Shown here piece by piece: positions 35,979 to 40,643 of a stretch of DNA of 40,643 nt. The translations under genes were made by a program, and so were the position numbers. Position 1 is the first letter of the stretch, and each line of letters opens with the position of its first letter. The notes under the pieces were generated by a model that searched no databases, was not told where the DNA came from, and saw only the letters and a program-made list of their open reading frames with translations. Origin of the DNA: a virus (Duplodnaviria; Caudoviricetes); IMG/VR virus record IMGVR_UViG_3300048856_000121, positions 1 through 40,643 of that record; one strand, 5' to 3'.

Positions 35979-36241
35979 GCCGCCCTCCCCTCTGATGTGA
36001 CACTCTGTGTTGTCACCTGGTTGGGCTTGGGCAGGTCGAAGAAGTCCGTCGGCGATAGGAGGATGGGAGGACGCATTCGCTCTCCCGCTGCAATTATTTC
36101 GGGGATGCGCCTGGCAGGCACAACGCCAGTAGAAGCCCAGCCCCAAACGGTAGATTGCTTAAGACCAAGCACCCGCGCCAGGGCCGATTGACCGCCAAAT
36201 GCGGTTATAACGCGGTGGGACGGCTTCGAATAATCGCTCAT
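35975..36241 (-). CDS. Cro-like / YdaS-like HTH regulator
   Basis: VITAFGGQSALARVLGLKQSTVWGW...VPARR; divergent from the repressor. Confidence 0.88.
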   Translation of the reverse strand: MSDYSKPSHRVITAFGGQSALARVLGLKQSTVWGWASTGVVPARRIPEIIAAGERMRPPILLSPTDFFDLPKPNQVTTQSVTSEGRAA

Positions 36242-36295
36242 TGCGGTTGTCGACCTACCGCAAATTCCCGTTGGAGGTCAACCGCATTCTTCGAT
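36191..36295. promoter_or_regulatory. OR-like operator array (ACCGC-N5-GCGGT) and divergent promoters
   Basis: Sites at 36191, 36233, 36257, 36281 (last three 24 bp apart); minus-strand -35 TTGACC at 36276-81. Confidence 0.75.
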
Positions 36296-36307
36296 AGGTG
36301 CTAGGTC

Positions 36308-36886
36308 ATGAAGAGCCCTACCAGACGTAAGGATCCAGGAGAGGCTGAGCGTCCAGTTTGGGCGAAGAAGCTGATCGAGCTACGCCAACGGCAAGGCCTC
36401 TCTCAGGCCGCATTAGCGGTAGAGGCTGGCCTGTCCCAGTCAGCTATAGCCGACTATGAGAGAGGGAGATCCACGCCCAATATCAGAATGATGAACCGGC
36501 TGGCCAGTGCCTTGAAGGTATCCGTTACCGAGTTCGTAGACACGGACCACCTACATCAGCGCAAAGTACTAAGTGACGATGATGCTTTAGTCGGGAATAG
36601 AATACAGGAACCTGTCAACGTTTCTTATACAGACAGCACTGAATATGATCCTTACTTCATGACTATGCACAGGAAGATAGCCGAGATTGCTAAAGAGAGC
36701 AAAATTGCGGCATGGAACAGAAGCTCAATGATTGTGTTCCTCACTCGCCAAGCCTGGGCAAAAGTGATGACGGAAGATCAAACTAAGTCTATCGATGACA
36801 GAGTGGCTAAGGCACTGATCGACATCCAACGCTTCTACGACATCCTGAAAGCTGCCCCATTTATGGGACCAGATCCGACCGACTAA
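36308..36886 (+). CDS. CI-like XRE repressor without a recognisable S24 peptidase domain
   Basis: LIELRQRQGLSQAALAVEAGLSQSAIADYERGRSTP HTH_3 motif. Confidence 0.88.
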   Translation: MKSPTRRKDPGEAERPVWAKKLIELRQRQGLSQAALAVEAGLSQSAIADYERGRSTPNIRMMNRLASALKVSVTEFVDTDHLHQRKVLSDDDALVGNRIQEPVNVSYTDSTEYDPYFMTMHRKIAEIAKESKIAAWNRSSMIVFLTRQAWAKVMTEDQTKSIDDRVAKALIDIQRFYDILKAAPFMGPDPTD

Positions 36887-36927
36887 CGCTTTTAGCGGTT
36901 GTCATAACCGCTTTTTGCGGTAAAACT
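36885..36927 (+). promoter_or_regulatory. OL-like operators and pL-like promoter
   Basis: AACGC-TTTTA-GCGGT (36885) and ACCGC-TTTTT-GCGGT (36907) overlap TTGTCA...TAAAACT. Confidence 0.75.
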
Positions 36928-36955
36928 GCCTCCGTACCCCACGGAGGCACTTACC

Positions 36956-37789
36956 GTGCATTCGCTCCCCAACACTCCCGACCTGCTTGTCGCGGCCGAC
37001 ATCGCCGCGGCGCAGGGTCCGGCGCCCGCCCTGTCCATCGTCATCCATGGCGGTGATGCTCGCATCCTCGACACCGACTTGGCTAAGCGACTTGGCTTCG
37101 GCCTTCCTCGTGAAATCCGTCGGCTGATAGCGCGTCACGGTGACACGCTATCCAAGATGGGCCCGCTCCCCCAGGTGGAGGAGGTTGTCGGCAAGGGGCA
37201 GAAGGCCAACGCCTACTATCTGAACCGCAAGCAGGCGATCTTCATCACCGCGAAGTCCGAGACGCCGCGCGCGACGGACATCACCATTGAGATCGTTGAG
37301 CGCTTCGACGCCTATGAGCGCGGCGGCGCTGCCGGTGTTCGGACGCTGGCTCGGCCCACTGCGGTCAAGGAAGTCGCCGCCACCTTCCGCGCCTACCACG
37401 GCATTGCCCGCCTGGCCGGCCTCGACCGCAACCAGGCATCCCTGTCTGCCGGCCGGGCCACCAAGGCTGTCACCGGCGTGGACCCGCTGGAAGCCCTGGC
37501 CATCAAGCACCTTGTCGCACCCCAGCAGGAGGCGGCGCTGACGCCCTCCGACCTGGGCGCGCGCCTCGGCGGCAAGTCCGCTGTCGCGGTCAACAAGATC
37601 CTCGCCCAACGTGGTCTGCAAACCAGCCATCGAGCCGCTAAGGGCCAGCAATACTGGCAGCCGACCGCCGCGGGTGAACCGCACGCGGTGTGGCTCGATA
37701 CCGGCAAGCGCCACAGCGATGGCACCCCCGTTCGGCAGCTCAAGTGGGCTGCCTCCATCCTCCCCCTCATCGAAGGAGGCGCTTCGTGA
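36956..37789 (+). CDS. Phage antirepressor-like protein
   Basis: RILDTDLAKRLGF...YYLNRKQAIFITAKSET N-terminal domain; LTPSDLG...VNKIL..RGLQ...QLKW C-terminal domain; GGAGG SD. Confidence 0.8.
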   Translation: MHSLPNTPDLLVAADIAAAQGPAPALSIVIHGGDARILDTDLAKRLGFGLPREIRRLIARHGDTLSKMGPLPQVEEVVGKGQKANAYYLNRKQAIFITAKSETPRATDITIEIVERFDAYERGGAAGVRTLARPTAVKEVAATFRAYHGIARLAGLDRNQASLSAGRATKAVTGVDPLEALAIKHLVAPQQEAALTPSDLGARLGGKSAVAVNKILAQRGLQTSHRAAKGQQYWQPTAAGEPHAVWLDTGKRHSDGTPVRQLKWAASILPLIEGGAS

Positions 37790-38019
37790 TCTCCGCTCCC
37801 TTTTCTGCCCACCCGGCGGTTTCGCGCTGCCTGACCCGCGCTGTCGAGGCCGCCGATCGCGGTGACCGGCTTGAGGCGCAGTACTGGCAGTCCGCTGCCG
37901 CTGCGGCGCACCGCCGCGCAGCTGTGCCAAGCCCTGTCCGTCCCGGCATTCTCACCCGGCTCGTGCGGCGGTTTACAAAACCGCTGGCTGGCCCTGTTGG
38001 TAAGGAGCGCCTCGCATGA
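37786..38019 (+). CDS. Hypothetical protein, 77 aa
   Basis: AGGAGG SD, GTGA start overlap, ATGA end overlap. Confidence 0.6.
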   Translation: MISAPFSAHPAVSRCLTRAVEAADRGDRLEAQYWQSAAAAAHRRAAVPSPVRPGILTRLVRRFTKPLAGPVGKERLA

Positions 38020-38813
38020 GCACGCGCACCAAGCCGAACACCGAGACCTTCACCGCCCCAAAGGCAGTGGCTGCAATCGCGGCGAAGGTTGCCAAGCCCG
38101 CCCGCCGCAAGACCAGCGCCAAGGCGGCAGAAGACCCTGACGCGTGGATCGAAGGCCTGGTTAACGACCACATTGCCAACATCGAGGCATTGAACCTCGG
38201 GCCAGATGAAGGCCCTGAAGCCGATGCTCTCTGGGCGCAGTACGAGGGCACACGCGACGCCATCGGCCACGCCAAGCCGGTCGGCATTCGCGGGTTGCAG
38301 GCCAAGGCACGCGCAGCCAAGCGCGAGGCCTGGACCCCGAAAGGCGAGAAGCCGGCGAACACCCCGGCTGCGGATTATGCCTGGGAGTTGGTCAACGCCA
38401 TCCTGCGCCTTGGCCCCGGGCTGGATCTTACCGGGGCGGACAACGAATTGATCGCCGACCACGAAGCCCTGGATGCGCTGGAGCGGCAGTGGTTTGCCCT
38501 GTTCGACACGATTGAGAATGACAGGGAACGCGACGCAGCGGCGGCACCGATCAGAGCGGCACAGGAGCCGATCATGGACCGCCTGGCGCGGCGCCGGGCC
38601 ACGACTGCTGCCGGCCTAGCTGCCCGTCTCCGCTCCCTCCTCGTGATGGAGCCTGAGAACGACTACGACGCGAACGCCAACAGTTCTGGCGCCGATGCGG
38701 ACGAGCGCCTGGAAAGCATGATCCTCCGCGACTTGAGCGATCTGCTAGGCGTTCCGACGAAGGGGCCGCTGGCGCAGCAAGAGGCGGCCTCGAAGGCGGC
38801 AGGGGCCACCTGA
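38016..38813 (+). CDS. Hypothetical helical protein with internal repeat
   Basis: AAGGAG SD; repeats AKPVGIRGLQAKARA / RRATTAAGLAARLRS. Confidence 0.75.
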   Translation: MSTRTKPNTETFTAPKAVAAIAAKVAKPARRKTSAKAAEDPDAWIEGLVNDHIANIEALNLGPDEGPEADALWAQYEGTRDAIGHAKPVGIRGLQAKARAAKREAWTPKGEKPANTPAADYAWELVNAILRLGPGLDLTGADNELIADHEALDALERQWFALFDTIENDRERDAAAAPIRAAQEPIMDRLARRRATTAAGLAARLRSLLVMEPENDYDANANSSGADADERLESMILRDLSDLLGVPTKGPLAQQEAASKAAGAT

Positions 38814-38941
38814 TGGAACACATCAGCGCCCCCATCGTCCGGGTCGTGGCGAACACTATGCAGAAGATGGTGGAGGCAAAGAAAGCCCCGCCTCCCTACC
38901 CGCACCCACCGCGTCACCCGTCACAGGAGCGCCGGTCGTGA
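38813..38941 (+). CDS. Hypothetical protein, 42 aa (MEHISAPIVRVV...)
   Basis: TGATG start overlap, GTGA end overlap. Confidence 0.45.
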   Translation: MEHISAPIVRVVANTMQKMVEAKKAPPPYPHPPRHPSQERRS

Positions 38942-39498
38942 TCGCAAAGAAGAAGTACCAGGGCTTCCGCATTCCGTCGGATGCGGCCGAAGCGGCGGCA
39001 GCCCTGACATTCGACGAGGCACGGCGTGATCCGGCCGGATCAGGGGGCTCTGACGAACGCGCACTCCTTCGGGTTCAGGTTTATGAACAGATAGCTCGCA
39101 GCTCGCCGGTGCAGCGGACGTCCCTGACGCTCGCCAGCTCAACCTGGTCAAGGCCGGCCTCTGCGATGAAGGTGGAGAGGATATCTTCGGCACTGTCTTG
39201 CAGTGAGCCGGCTGGGAAGTTGGCCACCACCAGTGCCATCACTCGTAATCCCCAGAGGCGTGTGATGGCGTCACCCTCGGCAATGACATCACTCACCAGA
39301 TCCAAAGCAAGCTCACACGTTTCTAGTTTTACCCGTTCCGCCCCATGCGTCATGGCTATGCTCTCGACGTTCTCACCAAGTGGTAGTTCCGGCAACCGCC
39401 ACACGCACAGGTGGAAAAATGTAAAGATTTGCAAAGCGAGACCGGGACAGTTACGGGCCTTGAGCAATACCGCCCAGGCCGGGGAGTGCGCAGCATGA
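38938..39498 (+). CDS. Bridge ORF spanning an antisense gene
   Basis: GGAG SD, GTGA start overlap, ATGA end overlap. Confidence 0.35.
   Translation: MIAKKKYQGFRIPSDAAEAAAALTFDEARRDPAGSGGSDERALLRVQVYEQIARSSPVQRTSLTLASSTWSRPASAMKVERISSALSCSEPAGKLATTSAITRNPQRRVMASPSAMTSLTRSKASSHVSSFTRSAPCVMAMLSTFSPSGSSGNRHTHRWKNVKICKARPGQLRALSNTAQAGECAA
39081..39353 (-). CDS. Hypothetical helical protein, paralog A
   Basis: Aligns with 39724..40020 (LAL...TR...L..MA..VA..P.G..QD.AED.L...IA...L). Confidence 0.7.
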   Translation of the reverse strand: MTHGAERVKLETCELALDLVSDVIAEGDAITRLWGLRVMALVVANFPAGSLQDSAEDILSTFIAEAGLDQVELASVRDVRCTGELRAICS

Positions 39499-39698
39499 AG
39501 GCCTGCAGCAATCCGGCAAATCGCGCAGCCGCGGAGGACATGATCGAGCTCCTGACCCAACGGCTCGACGCCATGGACGGCGATCCGCACCTGGAACTGG
39601 ATCAGGATGGGGAGTTAGAGGATGCCGAAGAGAGCCAGCAGGCGCCGACGCTCGCTCACTATCACGCCACCGATCGGCGGATCAGGAAGGCGGCATGA
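39495..39698 (+). CDS. Acidic hypothetical protein
   Basis: IELLTQRLDAMDGDPHLE motif; ATGA overlaps at both ends. Confidence 0.7.
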   Translation: MKACSNPANRAAAEDMIELLTQRLDAMDGDPHLELDQDGELEDAEESQQAPTLAHYHATDRRIRKAA

Positions 39699-40234
39699 AG
39701 GGCGCCACCATCCTCCAAAATCCTCAGAACTGCTTTCGCAAACTCGGCTCAGCTTGTTCGTTCAAGCTTAGGCGTTTCATGCCGGCTTTTAAACCGCCCC
39801 GCCGGAACCTCCGGATGACGTCCATTTCGTCATGCTCGAGGTCGCAGCGAGCGATTGCAGCAGCAAGTCGATCCTCAGCCGCATCCTGGGCGTCTCCAGG
39901 TGGGTATCGCGCGACAATGACAGCCATCAGGCATAAGGAGGTGAAGCGGGTGCTGGGTGGCGATGTATGGAAGCCTCGTTCCGTCACCGACAGAGCCAAG
40001 TCCAGTTCGGCTTCGGACATCAGCCCGCCCCTCAATCCCATCGACCCACCCCCTTATGCTTCGTTAAGAGCGCGAGCCGACGGCAGCGGCGCGCGTTCAT
40101 GCTCAGGAAGGTTCAAATCGCGGCCCCCGTGCGTTCCAAACGTGACATTGTCGTGGCATCGCCGGGCGGGGGGTTCAGAAATTTCTGCCTGCTTAGGGCT
40201 CGCGCAAGAAGTGAATGGCGATGCAGCCCCGTGA
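39695..40234 (+). CDS. Bridge ORF spanning an antisense gene
   Basis: ATGA start overlap; stop lies within the first codons of the excisionase. Confidence 0.3.
   Translation: MKGATILQNPQNCFRKLGSACSFKLRRFMPAFKPPRRNLRMTSISSCSRSQRAIAAASRSSAASWASPGGYRATMTAIRHKEVKRVLGGDVWKPRSVTDRAKSSSASDISPPLNPIDPPPYASLRARADGSGARSCSGRFKSRPPCVPNVTLSWHRRAGGSEISACLGLAQEVNGDAAP
39724..40020 (-). CDS. Hypothetical helical protein, paralog B (alternative start 40041)
   Basis: Aligns with 39081..39353; GAGG SD. Confidence 0.7.
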   Translation of the reverse strand: MSEAELDLALSVTERGFHTSPPSTRFTSLCLMAVIVARYPPGDAQDAAEDRLAAAIARCDLEHDEMDVIRRFRRGGLKAGMKRLSLNEQAEPSLRKQF

Positions 40235-40643
40235 GCCTACCCGCCGCCTCCTCCTGCCGCCGGGCATGGAGCCGCGCTACCTCTCGCGGGAGGAGGCCGC
40301 GGCCTACCTAGGCGTGTCGGCCGACACCTTCGACGACGAGGTGGCATCCGGCATGTGGCCGGCGGCCAGGCGCCGCGGCAGCAAGGGCGCTCGCCTGACC
40401 TGGGACCGGAAGGTGCTCGACACCTATGCGGACCAGGCCGCCGGCATCCTACCCTCCCCCGCTCCCGAGCCGGAGGCTGCCTTCAGCCCGCCGGCGCCGA
40501 TCCGAGCCCTGGCGGCCGACGCAAGCCTGCCACCGCCGCTCCACACGCAGCCTAAGCTGACGGCCGAGGCCGCAGCCCTTCGAGGTATTCAGAATGCCCC
40601 GCCCCGCAACCGGCCTAAACACCGTCAGCCGACGCCGGCCTGA
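40215..40643 (+). CDS. Excisionase-like (AlpA/HTH_17) protein
   Basis: RYLSREEAAAYLGVSADTFD...G.WP...WDRKVLD; overlaps the likely integrase start. Confidence 0.82.
   Translation: MAMQPREPTRRLLLPPGMEPRYLSREEAAAYLGVSADTFDDEVASGMWPAARRRGSKGARLTWDRKVLDTYADQAAGILPSPAPEPEAAFSPPAPIRALAADASLPPPLHTQPKLTAEAAALRGIQNAPPRNRPKHRQPTPA
40594..40643 (+). CDS. Probable integrase 5' end (runs off the window)
   Basis: GAGG SD then MPRPATGLNTVSRRRP; position after the excisionase. Confidence 0.5.
   Translation, partial: MPRPATGLNTVSRRRP

Larger units (their letters stand above)
1..40643. mobile_element. Lambdoid-organised siphovirus prophage, near complete; integrase body and att sites lie outside the window
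   Basis: Complete ordered head, tail, lysis, replication, immunity and excision modules. Confidence 0.97.

Overview
The window is an almost complete temperate siphovirus-type prophage from a GC-rich alphaproteobacterium; a Roseomonas/Acetobacteraceae-like host is an inference from protein motifs. It is mostly encoded on the minus strand. Read right to left: integrase 5' end (cut by the window edge), excisionase, early-left operon with antirepressor, CI/Cro switch with six ACCGC-N5-GCGGT operators, CII-like HTH, replication initiator with iterons, Twinkle/T7 gp4-like primase-helicase, an inverted BrnT/BrnA toxin-antitoxin pair, GIY-YIG and HNH nucleases, a lambda-type cosQ/cosN-like site, Nu1/gpA terminase, gpW, portal, Clp protease-capsid fusion, tail genes with a -1 frameshifted chaperone, tape measure, tail tip/fibre genes, a 598-aa putative enzyme, holin candidate and GH24 endolysin. 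The most unusual observations are: (1) a three-hairpin RNA element with mutually complementary loops (CCGACA/TGTCGG/CCGACA) that sequesters the tail-chaperone ribosome binding site; (2) four early-operon 'bridge' ORFs, coupled to their neighbours, that span antisense cargo genes, including a pair of unknown paralogs; (3) relics of module swaps in packaging, replication and lysis; (4) a 1-nt frameshift near the terminase C-terminus. All calls are by eye; no database searches were run.
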